The notes under the pieces are model-generated. The model saw nothing but the letters and a program-made list of their open reading frames with translations. It was not told where the DNA came from and did no database searches. DNA of 64,000 bases from the NCBI GenBank assembly GCA_965217585.1, contig OZ244561.1, positions 128,001 to 192,000 on the forward strand, given 5' to 3'. The stretch is from Candidatus Latescibacterota bacterium. Lineage in GTDB: Bacteria > Latescibacterota > UBA2968 > UBA8231. Numbering within the stretch: position 1 is the stretch's first letter; every line of letters starts with the position of its first letter. Of this stretch, positions 9,652 through 20,600 are shown piece by piece. A program made the translations under genes and the position numbers.

Positions 9652-12600
9652 TTACATATACGACAGAAAATGCCCGGTCTCACCCAACACGCCGTCGATG
9701 CACAGCCACAATCCGGCCGCGGTCGCCTCTCCCAAGATCAACCCTAGGAAGAGGGGCTTGGCCCGCTCGTAGAGCGGCATCCCACCCCACTTGACAATAC
9801 CCAGTTTGAGCACCCACGCGATGAACACCGAAAACCACACTTGCCCGGCTAGCCAGCCCACGCTGACGATAAATCCCAACGGGTGCAACGGCCACCAGTA
9901 AAACCGGTGATGTCCCCACAACAGCACGGCCTCGATGAAACCGCCGATGCCGGTAAACAACCAACCGCGCATATCGGCTGGCAGCGGATCGACGATCGGC
10001 CGCGCCATGTCGGTAAATGTGCGCCCGGCCTGATGGGTCATAAAAAACGGATGCAAATTGATCCCGCCGTACTCGTAGCACACCTGAAAAATGATCCACG
10101 TCGCCCCGGCCAAACTCAACACCAACGCCAGCGCCATCCCCCAAAACAGCCGCCTTTTAGAGCCAACCACCGCCTCGGCCAGCTTGAGCGAATTGGCCGC
10201 GGCAATCATCGGAAAGAGCCGCATCTCGGACTGCCAGATGTACGTAAAGGTCAAGGCCGTCAGCCCCTTGGCCCCAATCACCGGTGCGCCAACAGCGGAG
10301 ATGACGAAAAACGCCGCCACCATCGGCGAGCGCGCCGTCGCTAGCCCAGCCGTGGCCACCGCCCGCGTGACGAACACGTAGAAGATCAAGCACACCAGCA
10401 AAAACAGCGGCAAAATCGCCAGCGGCACCCCGGACGCCCACAGCCACACGCCCACGAAGAGCAGGCTGGCTAAAAAGCCAAAGACCGCCATCCGATAGGA
10501 AAGCATTTCCCCTGAATCATCCACCGTCGGGTCGCCGCGCCACGCCTTGCGCCACACCGCCCCTAAGTGCCGCCGCCCCATCCACAAAGTGTAGCCGACA
10601 AAAATCAGACAGGCTCCCATTACCTCATGTGTCAGATCCGCCATCTGCGATTGGGAGTAGAGACTGAGCTTTTCGGTGCTGGCAATGCCCAACGAGGCGA
10701 ATATCCCCTCTTGCGCTTTGTTGAAGACGTAGAAAAACCAAATCGAAAAGGAAATGTTCAGGTTGACCAAATAGAAAAAGCCGATCCACGCGTACACCCA
10801 GTGCAAATTCAGCTTATTGCCGATCCACGATAGTAGCCCAGCCGACTGAATCGGCTGCGGCACCGCCGGGAAGTAGTAGTGCAGCCCCTTGAACGACAGC
10901 AGGACGAATGGCACCGCAAAGCCGATCCACAACAGCCGCTGCTTAAAAAGCGGCGCCAGCTTAAACCCCGGCCGGCCCTCCTCCACCATCTTGAGCGGCA
11001 GTTGCACCATGGGATAGGCCAGTCGCTCGTGCTGCGACCACTGCCGGTGCAGGATGGAACTCATGCAAAGCATCATAAAGCTCAGCAGCAAAAAGAACAC
11101 GTACCAATAGCCCAGAGTCTCGCTCCAGGCCGCCCACGGAATGCTCTCCCCGGGCGGCAGCCCCTCGTGCAAATCGACAATCGCCTGCCGGTCTTGTGGC
11201 ACCAACCACGGCGTTACGTGCGGAAAGAAGACCTCGCCCCAGTTGTTTTCCGGGGTCGCGTAGTAGTACAGCCCGCTGATGATCGGAATCAGGTAGCCGA
11301 CAAACGCCTGTGTTGGCACGGCCGACGCCAACAGCATCATCGCATAAATGAGCACTAAATCGGCCCGCCCCAAGGCGAGGCCGCGGCCCAGTGCCCGCAG
11401 CAGGGTATTGACTCCCACCACCAACAGAAAAAACAGAAAGATCGCCCCGGGTGCCGAGCTGTTGAGCGCCATGTACGACCCCTGTAGCATAATCACCGCG
11501 TAGGGTGCCCCCACGCCGATACAGAGAGCGAGCAGTCCACCCACCGCAAACCCCCGCCAAGTAAAAGACGCCGGCTGTTCCGCTACCGACTGTTCCGCTA
11601 CGCGCTCCTCGACCTGCGCAGCCGCCAGCGTCCGCGCTGACTCCACGTGCTGGACGCGCTCGGCCTCCCGGAGCGCGTACCAAATCAACATCTGCTTCCG
11701 CAGGGCCTCCACCAGCCGCAGATTGAGCCGCTGCCAGTAGTGGTGCTCGCCGCTTAGCCGGCGCAACCGGACTTCCATTGCCCGCGCGCGCTCCCCGGCC
11801 GGCACGAACTCCACGACCACCTCTTGGCTCACCCCCAAGTCAAACGGGGCCAACCACAGCGTAAACGAGAGGCGATAGCCGTCGGCCTGCGTAACTTGCA
11901 TATCTTCGACGTAGAAATCCCCCAGCGTCGCCCGACCAAAGGCTCCAAAGTAGTTGGCCAAAAAGCCGCACACCCCCTCGATTTCTCCCTCGCCGAGCAT
12001 GAAGGGAAACTCAAACAGCCACTCGTCGCCGCTGGGTGGGTCTGGACGCCAGCGCCGCACCACGTCCGGCACCGCCTGCCGCGCCGCCACCCGCGCCGGA
12101 TAGATCGTCGATAGCAACACCACCCCCATCACCGCCAGCGCGGCCCCAATCGCCGCCAGCGACGAGTAGTTCAAGGTAATGCCCTGCAACAGCCCCAGTG
12201 CTAACAGAACCCGCCCCAACCCCTGGCCCAGCAAGTAGCCCAACGTCGTTCCCAGCACCGCATAGACGCAGGCTTCGGCCACAAACAGCAGCGCGATGTG
12301 CAAGGGTGCCAGCCCCACTGAGGAGTAGATGCTGATCTCGCGCAGGCGTTCGTGCACCGCCCCCATCATCGCATTGAGCACAATGAGCGCGGCCACCAGC
12401 GCGGGAATCGCCAGCGCCCCCAGCCCCTTCACAGCCGTCAGCCCCACCGAGCTGAGGGCCGTCACCTCCCCTGTTGGAGAGCCGACAAACAAGGTAGCCG
12501 CCACCCGCGTCAGATAGTCCTCGACCAGCGCCTGCCCGTCGGTCGCCGCCGGAAAGCGCACGGCCACCGAGCGCAAGCTGCCCCCGGCCTCGGCCAGCGT

Positions 12601-15600
12601 TTGATAGGGCACGAGGACCACGTGGTGCGGCTTTAGGTGGATGAAGGGCCGCAGTTCGTGTGGATCCTCGTCGTCGGCAATATCCACATCCTGCGCCGCC
12701 CCTAGCTGGAGCACCTCCGCGCCCGACAGGACAAAATCGGCCGGCATCAGGCTCTCGCCGTCGAGGTCGCGCAGTTCACCCAACCGCTCCGGGTCGGCAA
12801 TCCCGCGCACCTTCAGCACGCGCCCGAACACCGCGACCTGATCTCCAACCCCGATACCCAACGCCTCAGCCATGTCCGACGGCAGGATGCAGGTGGCCTC
12901 GTCATCTGCGGCAAAAAACGATCCAGCCACCAAGCTCGCATCCACCTCGGTGATCTGCGCCTCCTCTGGCGTCAGGCCCAACAAGCCCGTGGCCCGCACC
13001 GCGTTTCCAGCCGCCGTCACCGCAATCCAACTCCCCTTGCCGCCTTCGGCCGCGTACCAGCCGCGCCGCCCCATCCAGCCGCTGCCGCCAAAGTGCGACT
13101 CGGCGTAGTCGAGCGCCTCCGGCGTCAGGCGCTCCCAGCCGCGGTCGCGGATGAGGATCCCAGGATATGCCCCGGCGTGTGGCAGCTGGAAACTCGCGTA
13201 GCGGATTTGCTGTTCAAACGAGGTAAAAGAGAGCAGGGTGAACGTCAAAAGCGTCAGCGTCGCCAGCGTCAAACCGGTGCGCAGAGGCCGCCGCCGCATA
13301 TTGGAAATCCCCAGCATGAAGGCCGCATAACTCGCGCTCAAGCGGCTCAGGTCCTGAGCGTGGACCCGCATCTGCTGGCTCTGGTGCTGGGCCATGACGC
13401 GGTTGAACCGGCCCACCAGCATAAAGAGCACCAAGGCAGCCATTGCCATGATCGCAAACGCCAACAGCACCACCAGCGGCTCGGCCAGCTCAAAGGCTGG
13501 ATGTACCTGCGCCAAAATCAGCCAAATCACCAGCAATAACAGCCCAAAGCCAGCGAGCTGTCGGCGAATATCGGCCGCGGCAAACAAGAGCCGCTCCCCG
13601 AAAAAGGCCGCCGGCAACACCAGCGCCAAAAAGAAGATCACCCCTTCGAGGACGTCGTTGAGCGTCGCCAAAACCTCTGGGTAGGCCCGCGTCTCCAGGC
13701 CCAACGCCTTGCGGCTCCATGCGATGTACTCATCCCACTTTAGTTGCTCGGCTGCGGCTTCCGCCTCGGCTATGGCCGCCGCCGCCTGCGCGTGGAGGCG
13801 CGTCAACCGCTGATTTTCAATGCCGTGCTCCTTGAGCATCCCCAGCCGCGCCGCATCCAAGTTCCACACGTCCCGCGCCGCCTGCAGGGTTGCGGTCCCA
13901 AATCCCTCCTCGGTCAGCAAAAACCCCCGACCCCGCGCCTCGGCCTCGCTCTGGCTGCCCTCGCTGTTGAGCAGCAAAAACTGGCCGTCCAAAATCACTT
14001 TGACGCGATCGTCGGCTGCAGCATCGGCCGGCCCGTAGATCACCCCCACCGAGCCGATGCTGCTTGAACCCAGCGCGTACCCGTACTGGCCCGGCTCGCT
14101 CCCGGCCGCCGACAGCACCTTTACTTTGTTCAACGCACGCAAAAGGCGCGGCTCGACCAAGCCGTACAGGGGCCGACCCACCCCGGGAAAGAGCACGGCG
14201 ATCTGCTCGTTTTGCAGCCAGCGCACATTATTGGCCAAGCGGCCGTCCCACCCCGGCTTACCGTGGTGCTTTTGCGCGCGGTCGCTCAAATCCACGACGT
14301 GGGTAATCGTCCCCCGCTCGGCGTCCAGTGCCGCCACTGCCAGCGGATACGTCCCCTGCACCAGCCCGGGGACCCCCACCGTCCCGGCGGCATCCGCGAG
14401 AAAGTAGCGCGTGTCACGCACTCCTTTGCGCTGTTCTTTTTTTACCTGCACTGCCACCAGCACCCCAGCCACCGGCCGATCTGGCACCTGACTGCGCCGG
14501 GGGAATGTCCGCGCTTTGACCCGCAAATCCCGCAGCCGATCCTCCAACGCCTCGGCGAGCCGCTCTCGCCCGGCCAACAGCGCCGTATCGGCCAACGCAT
14601 GAGCCAGCAGGTCGGCCACCAACGCCGTTTGGTCCCCCACATGGTCCCACGCCACCCCCGCGCCCGTATCCCGCGGCAAATCCAGCGCAAAGCGGGCATC
14701 GCCTACCGTGGCCAAGGTCAGCGACGGGAACCCCGCCTCGAGCGCCAACTCCCCATCCGCAGCCAAGCCCCCAGGCATATAGCTATCCCAATCCATTCCC
14801 CGAATTGGGCTGATGCCATTGGCCAATGCCTCGGCGCGGCCCAGTGCCGCCGCGTACTCGGTAAAGCGACGGCCAAAGGGCACGAAAAACCGCTTGAGCG
14901 CGTAGCTATCCGTGTTGTTCCACAGCACCACCCGCTCGCCGTGGCTGGATAAATCAAGACCGATGAACAGAGCAATATCCAGCGGCTCGGCCAGCCGGGC
15001 CGCGTAGTACTCTTGGCGGCGGGCGTGCCGATCGAGGAAGGCGACCATGCCCTGCCGCCCTTGGAAGTGGGCACTCAGCGCGGCGAGCACCACTGTGTAC
15101 GCCGGCGGGTTCGCTTGCAAGCGAGCGGCCACCTCCAACAGCGCCGCCACACTCACTGCCGCCTCGGCCCCTGGTGCCCGCGCTGGCACCACCGACGGCG
15201 CGTCGTAGTACGCATGGATGAGCACCATCTCGTCCCGCGAGGTCCCCACATCCTTCCCCGGCACCACCGCCCACACGTTGTACGCCATCCGCTCCTGCCA
15301 ATCCATCCGCCCCCACAGCCCCACCTCCACCTCTCCATCCACCAACCGTCGCCGCAGCCGCTGCCCAGCGGCCCCCTCCACCCAAAAGCGCGGCACATCC
15401 AACGGTGCCCGCACGTACTTGCCCTGTGCCTGCTGCGTAGTAGCCGAATCCGCGGCCACAAACACCACCGCCCGCGCCCCCAACGACGCGGCCTTCAGCC
15501 AAGCGTCCCCACTGGCAAAGTCCAGCACCACCACCCGCCCAGCTACCTCCTGCCCATTGAAATCGCCCCAATCCCCATCGCCGCCCCAAATCGCCGACGC

Positions 15601-15918
15601 CCGCAACCCCTCCGGCGGCACGGTCGAAGTCCGCGCCCCATTCGGCCACACCGCGTGCAGGACCACCGACTCACCTTCCCACTCCAACCGCCCGCCCCGG
15701 TCCATCGGCACTACCACCGCAAAGGAGTCGCGTCGCGTCGCCAACCCCAACGCCTGCAACTGCCCCTCCACATACTCTGCCGCCCGGGCACTCCCCGGAT
15801 AGCCTGCCACCCGCGATCCCAGCGCGGACAAATGCTCCACGACAGCCTGCGGCCCTGCCGAAGCCACCACCGGGCCGATGGCAAAGGCGATCAAAAAGGC
15901 GATAATCAGTGCAACCAT
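9652..15918 (-). CDS. Very large membrane fusion: M28-like/PA ectodomain + FtsX-like permease + polytopic C-terminal domain (DUF6785-like)
   Basis: Single ORF, probable ATG 15918 before a signal peptide; SRVAGYPG and AYYD..APGAE M28-like motifs; ISNMRRRPLRT and VHERLREISIYSSVGLAP FtsX motifs; ERLAYP and WWPLHPLG in C-terminal ~640 aa. Confidence 0.75.
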   Translation of the reverse strand: MVALIIAFLIAFAIGPVVASAGPQAVVEHLSALGSRVAGYPGSARAAEYVEGQLQALGLATRRDSFAVVVPMDRGGRLEWEGESVVLHAVWPNGARTSTVPPEGLRASAIWGGDGDWGDFNGQEVAGRVVVLDFASGDAWLKAASLGARAVVFVAADSATTQQAQGKYVRAPLDVPRFWVEGAAGQRLRRRLVDGEVEVGLWGRMDWQERMAYNVWAVVPGKDVGTSRDEMVLIHAYYDAPSVVPARAPGAEAAVSVAALLEVAARLQANPPAYTVVLAALSAHFQGRQGMVAFLDRHARRQEYYAARLAEPLDIALFIGLDLSSHGERVVLWNNTDSYALKRFFVPFGRRFTEYAAALGRAEALANGISPIRGMDWDSYMPGGLAADGELALEAGFPSLTLATVGDARFALDLPRDTGAGVAWDHVGDQTALVADLLAHALADTALLAGRERLAEALEDRLRDLRVKARTFPRRSQVPDRPVAGVLVAVQVKKEQRKGVRDTRYFLADAAGTVGVPGLVQGTYPLAVAALDAERGTITHVVDLSDRAQKHHGKPGWDGRLANNVRWLQNEQIAVLFPGVGRPLYGLVEPRLLRALNKVKVLSAAGSEPGQYGYALGSSSIGSVGVIYGPADAAADDRVKVILDGQFLLLNSEGSQSEAEARGRGFLLTEEGFGTATLQAARDVWNLDAARLGMLKEHGIENQRLTRLHAQAAAAIAEAEAAAEQLKWDEYIAWSRKALGLETRAYPEVLATLNDVLEGVIFFLALVLPAAFFGERLLFAAADIRRQLAGFGLLLLVIWLILAQVHPAFELAEPLVVLLAFAIMAMAALVLFMLVGRFNRVMAQHQSQQMRVHAQDLSRLSASYAAFMLGISNMRRRPLRTGLTLATLTLLTFTLLSFTSFEQQIRYASFQLPHAGAYPGILIRDRGWERLTPEALDYAESHFGGSGWMGRRGWYAAEGGKGSWIAVTAAGNAVRATGLLGLTPEEAQITEVDASLVAGSFFAADDEATCILPSDMAEALGIGVGDQVAVFGRVLKVRGIADPERLGELRDLDGESLMPADFVLSGAEVLQLGAAQDVDIADDEDPHELRPFIHLKPHHVVLVPYQTLAEAGGSLRSVAVRFPAATDGQALVEDYLTRVAATLFVGSPTGEVTALSSVGLTAVKGLGALAIPALVAALIVLNAMMGAVHERLREISIYSSVGLAPLHIALLFVAEACVYAVLGTTLGYLLGQGLGRVLLALGLLQGITLNYSSLAAIGAALAVMGVVLLSTIYPARVAARQAVPDVVRRWRPDPPSGDEWLFEFPFMLGEGEIEGVCGFLANYFGAFGRATLGDFYVEDMQVTQADGYRLSFTLWLAPFDLGVSQEVVVEFVPAGERARAMEVRLRRLSGEHHYWQRLNLRLVEALRKQMLIWYALREAERVQHVESARTLAAAQVEERVAEQSVAEQPASFTWRGFAVGGLLALCIGVGAPYAVIMLQGSYMALNSSAPGAIFLFFLLVVGVNTLLRALGRGLALGRADLVLIYAMMLLASAVPTQAFVGYLIPIISGLYYYATPENNWGEVFFPHVTPWLVPQDRQAIVDLHEGLPPGESIPWAAWSETLGYWYVFFLLLSFMMLCMSSILHRQWSQHERLAYPMVQLPLKMVEEGRPGFKLAPLFKQRLLWIGFAVPFVLLSFKGLHYYFPAVPQPIQSAGLLSWIGNKLNLHWVYAWIGFFYLVNLNISFSIWFFYVFNKAQEGIFASLGIASTEKLSLYSQSQMADLTHEVMGACLIFVGYTLWMGRRHLGAVWRKAWRGDPTVDDSGEMLSYRMAVFGFLASLLFVGVWLWASGVPLAILPLFLLVCLIFYVFVTRAVATAGLATARSPMVAAFFVISAVGAPVIGAKGLTALTFTYIWQSEMRLFPMIAAANSLKLAEAVVGSKRRLFWGMALALVLSLAGATWIIFQVCYEYGGINLHPFFMTHQAGRTFTDMARPIVDPLPADMRGWLFTGIGGFIEAVLLWGHHRFYWWPLHPLGFIVSVGWLAGQVWFSVFIAWVLKLGIVKWGGMPLYERAKPLFLGLILGEATAAGLWLCIDGVLGETGHFLSYM

Positions 15919-16074
15919 AGCGTCCCAATATCGGCCCCAAGCACCCCGTCCAGCAAGCAAACCGACGCGGCTTTGCCGGCACCGGGTGGAGGACCGCTCC
16001 TGAGGCAATTACCTTTCTGTAAGTGGAACTTTAGCTATCGGCGAGACGTTTAAACGCAATTAAAGGAGGGCTTC

Positions 16075-17316
16075 ATGCTGTACCGCATCGCCGCTATCGG
16101 CTTTATTTTTGCCTGCACGGCCGTCGCTTGGATCATCTTGGCACAGGTCGTCTCCCATCGCACCCACCACCAAGATACCAAGCTCAAAGCCGCCGTGGGT
16201 CAATTGTGGGGCACCCCCCAATCCCAGCGCACCCCACTCCTGTACTGGACCACCGAGGAAACCGTCGTCACACAGACCTCCGACGGCCAAGCGACAGAGC
16301 ACTCCAAGGAGCGGCGACACCTCCTGCCCTTAGAAGCTAGCCGCCTACAAGTCGATCTACGCCTCGAACACCGCCGCAAGGGCCTGCTGTGGTACGCCAC
16401 TTACCAAGTGGCACTGGACGCCACCTATACCGCGACCAACGAGACCGACCGTCCCCTCGACCTGACCTTCGATCTAGCCCTGCCTACTTCCCAAGCTGTG
16501 TACGATGACTTCACCCTATCCATCGACACCCAACCCATCGCCCCGCTGCCGCTGGCGGAAGGGCACCTGCAGCAGCCGTTGCATTTAGCGCCGGGACAGA
16601 GCCGCCAGATTCGCCTTTCCTATCAATCGCAGGGTTTAGACGAGTGGGGGTACCGCTTCGGCGACCACGTCGAGCAAGTCTCCGACTTCGAGTTGACCAT
16701 GCACACTGATTTCGACGCCATCGACTTCCCGCGCCAAAGCCTAGCGCCCACCCACAAGGAGCGCACTGCCGATGGCTGGCGTCTCACTTGGCAGTACGAC
16801 CGACTACTCACTGGAGCCTCCCTCGCCATGGTCATGCCCGCTCGCCTCAATCCAGGTCCCTGGGTACAAGACGTGACCCAAGCCGCGCCCATATCCCTCT
16901 TTCTCTTTTTCTTTGTTCTATTTGTTTTTGCCACGGTCAAAGGCATCGACATCCATCCGATGAATTACTTCTTCATCGGCGCGGCCTTTTTCAGCTTTCA
17001 CTTGCTTTTGGCCTATCTGGCCGACCACTTGCTCATCCACTACGCCTTTTTGCTGGCTGCGGCCGTGTCTGTTTTCTTGGTCGTCTCCTACATGCGACTC
17101 GTGGTCGGCCTGCGGCTGGCCTTGGTGGAGATAGGCTTGGCCCAATTCATCTACTTGGTGCTCTTCTCCTACACCTTCTTCTTCGTCGGCTATACCGGCT
17201 TGGCCATTACCATTCTGTGCATCGCCACGCTCTTCGCCGCCATGCAGCTTACCGGCCGGATGGACTGGTCAGCCGTTTTTGCCCAACCGCCAGCTAATCC
17301 TCGGAAGTCCGACTAG
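16075..17316 (+). CDS. CreD-like inner membrane protein
   Basis: AAGGAGG RBS; N-terminal TM, RRKGLLWYATY, IHPMNY...FHLLLAYLADH and several C-terminal TMs. Confidence 0.7.
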   Translation: MLYRIAAIGFIFACTAVAWIILAQVVSHRTHHQDTKLKAAVGQLWGTPQSQRTPLLYWTTEETVVTQTSDGQATEHSKERRHLLPLEASRLQVDLRLEHRRKGLLWYATYQVALDATYTATNETDRPLDLTFDLALPTSQAVYDDFTLSIDTQPIAPLPLAEGHLQQPLHLAPGQSRQIRLSYQSQGLDEWGYRFGDHVEQVSDFELTMHTDFDAIDFPRQSLAPTHKERTADGWRLTWQYDRLLTGASLAMVMPARLNPGPWVQDVTQAAPISLFLFFFVLFVFATVKGIDIHPMNYFFIGAAFFSFHLLLAYLADHLLIHYAFLLAAAVSVFLVVSYMRLVVGLRLALVEIGLAQFIYLVLFSYTFFFVGYTGLAITILCIATLFAAMQLTGRMDWSAVFAQPPANPRKSD

Positions 17317-17318
17317 CA

Positions 17319-17539
17319 GCCTAGCCCGTCACCCGCAACCGCTCTGGTACCTCCACCGGCTCCCCACCGCGACACACCACCGGGAAGTGCGGACCAGCCT
17401 CGGCCATCGGCGCATTATCGGGCAAATCGACGAACTGCTTCATCAGGTGCTCGCCGCTTTGGTCGAAGCGCGCCGCGCCGGTCATGTAGTGAATGGCAAT
17501 GGCGCGGCGAGGCCGATGCGACTGATTGAAGGGCGAGCC
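17319..17539 (-). pseudogene. Displaced duplicate of the 3' end of the PhyH gene at 22005-22889 (direct repeat, left copy)
   Basis: 221 bp aligning to 22003-22223 with 10 mismatches by manual count; encodes GSPFNQS...RLRVTG*. Confidence 0.93.
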
Positions 17540-17620
17540 TGAGCCCTTCGGGCAGGGGTTGGGCACCGAGGCCAGAGTTAGGGACTACTGCATATCTTAC
17601 ATCAGGGAATAAATTGTAGA

Positions 17621-20600
17621 TCATCCAAGACTGAGTTCAACGGTGATCATAGATTTGTCCTTCTGTACCGCCTTTATCGCAGTGGCTATGATATCACTTC
17701 CTGAGTCGATTTCAGGCGCTAGACGTTGAGCAAGATCCCGTGGGAGAAAGCCGACCTGCCCCATCTTATGATGCACAGCGACTGCATTCGGATCTACAGG
17801 ATTGTCATAATCTCGGTGAAGTTCAAGTTTGTCCCCTGTTCTAACACGCCGCGCAACGATCCGACGATTTTTGTAGGACACTCCAACCACCTTCCGCTGA
17901 AGAGGCAGAACTTCGTGGAGTGGTCTAATTGGCTTAAGCAATGGATTGATAGCCATTCTTCCAAGCTTGTATCTGAGGTCATCGAGCACATATCCAGTAA
18001 TGCCATGGTCATGACGTAGTGAGTCATCAGATAAGCTAGACAGCCAAGTAACAAAATCCTCGTGGGAAGAAATGTCTAAGGCTTGCTCCTCAAAGGCTTC
18101 TGCTAAGCTACGCGCAACACTTCGCGAAGTAATTCCTGCTGACATTGCCCACGAAGCCACAGGGTTAGGAAGCCCATGCTTCACCATCGACGGATAGCAT
18201 CGAATGTATTCTGAAGGTTTCTCCTCTTGGATTCCTAAAGACTCTTTGCATATCCGAAGCAGAGCGGAGATAATCCAAGGCAGCCGATATCCAAACAACT
18301 CTTCTATGTATCGAGATATACGCTCTACCGAGTCCGTGTCATCCGGTGAATGCTCAACTATCTCAGTTATAGACATTCCGTCCAACCATAAACCAAGTAA
18401 GACCTCGGGGTCACCTGCAAAATCAGTTGTGGTCTGTGCCTCGGGCAATTGAAGGCTAGCATCGAGTACTAGATGATTCAGTAATTCGAGGTCATCGTAT
18501 CCGGCATTGAAAAGCAAGTTACGTAATTTACCTACGTTTGTATCCACAAATTTCCTTAGAGATTCACAAGAGGAACTGCTTAGACCTGTCTGGGCATAAA
18601 CACGTCGCCACGATGGGGTTGGGGCTCGACTGAATATATTCATAGCAGCCTGTTGAGCGGACTTGATTAGTGGATCGATACCCATATTCTGTCTATGAGC
18701 CTGCTGCGCTGCATATGTTCCCGTTAGGCTAGCGCTCCATTTGTCAGAATCGACGAGCTCAATCCCCTCTTCTACCGCAATGGCAAGTATTTCTGGATCT
18801 AGAGTTGCCGCAGCGTTCTCTATCGACTCATTGGAAATGCGAGAGGAAACGAGTTGCTGGAGCAGTTGAAACAGTGCGCCAGAAACGGGCTCTAGATTCC
18901 CAAGGTTGCTATAGTGCCTGAAGTCCCGCATGTCCAAAGTATTCAGAGTTATGTGGATGACTAGTCCTTCCGTCTCTTGCCCAGCCCGACCAGCCCGACC
19001 AGCTATGTTCCAGTAGTCGCGAAGAGGAATTCGCGAACGTCGACCTTCTTCGTCTGCACGCCATATGCTGTGTATAATCACGGTCCTAACAGGCAGGTTG
19101 ACACCTTGTGCTAGTGTATTCGTCGCAACAATCACTTTGTAACGACCGGCACGACAATCAACTTCAATCGCCTCCCGAACGACATTAGGCAGCCGCCCGT
19201 GATGAGGGGCGACCCCTTGGGACAAGGCTTGTGTGGCGATATGTTCTTCTCCCAGCCACTCTCTCGCGAGTTCGAGAGATCTAGTCGGTACCGCACTGAC
19301 AAAGTGGGGGTGGATCGGATCCTCAATCAATTGCCTGTACTGGATAGATTTATTGAGAATTGCCCTACATACACTCTCAACCCAATTTGGTTGTGTGCAG
19401 AACACAAGTACGGGACCCCGTTCTGAAAACACGTACGCTAGCTCGGCAGCGGTATCAACTTTCTCTGACTTTGGATATTGTCGAACTCGCCTGCGTTGTG
19501 TATCAGGATTTATAAAAGAATACTCACGTCGTTGTAAGGCTCCAGGAATAAAGGCATCCAGATCTGGCATCTCTAAATTGCGTTCGAATCGAATCACACC
19601 AGTCATTCCTGACCATTCAAATCGTGCTCGTCGTTGAATTGTTGGTCGCCAATCTGACTTTATTGACCTATCGGGAGAATCCGCAAGCCACATGGCAAAG
19701 TCTTCCAGCGTCGAATCCGGGACCACGGCGGACATTACCAAGAAGCGACTCGTTGGCAACCTGTTCTTCATTCTGCTTAACAAAAGCTCGAACTTTATAC
19801 CACGGTTTTCATCATCCATTATATGGACTTCATCCAGTACTACCAGCTTGATCTGATCAGATATATCTGGCCGAAGGCGCAGAACAAGGTCCAGCTTTTC
19901 GGGTGTAAGTATCAGTAAATCGGCTGTTTGCAGAAGAAATTCCTCGAATTCATCCGACTCGTAAGAACCGATGACAGATGAAACTCGATAACCCAAGTCA
20001 TTCAATACCGATCCCATGCTCCTTTCAACTTCTGATGCCAGAGCACGATACGGAGCAACAAACACGCACTTGGCTTTGGAATGCCGCTGAAGAGTTTCAA
20101 TAATGGCCATTTCCGCGAGACGTGTCTTACCGCCGCTAGTGGGCAAACGAACAACAGCGCTGTTATTCGAATCCAAGAAGCCAGATTCAAGCACTTTTAT
20201 CTGGGACGGCCATAGTTCAGTCACTCCACTAGAGAGAGGCCTTGCAAGAAGAGTCAGGTAACGCTTCCATACTTCAGATTCTTTGGAGAGGCGTTCAAGT
20301 TGAGACCAAGTACTTCTCCGCATCATTAGTGGGAGTACTGCTTGAACTCCATACGCAATGTTGGAGTGCAATGGAGCACCGAGTCCTGTAAATATCTCAG
20401 TAGCCTCACGCAACAATTCCATCGCTTCAAGATATGCCGATTGATCGCCACTCAGGAAGTAACGACACGCCTTGTATAACCCGTCGGCAAGAACTACTTC
20501 GCCCAATTCTAAGGATAGAGTATCCAAGGGCAAACTAGGGTCAGGTGGCTCTTGGAGGAAGTGATCAGCAAGCTGTGCAGTAACAATTATTCTTCGTTGT

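Noticed and set aside
17321-17566. 81-aa ORF as a real small gene
   Set aside because: It is the duplicated PhyH tail with a chance upstream start
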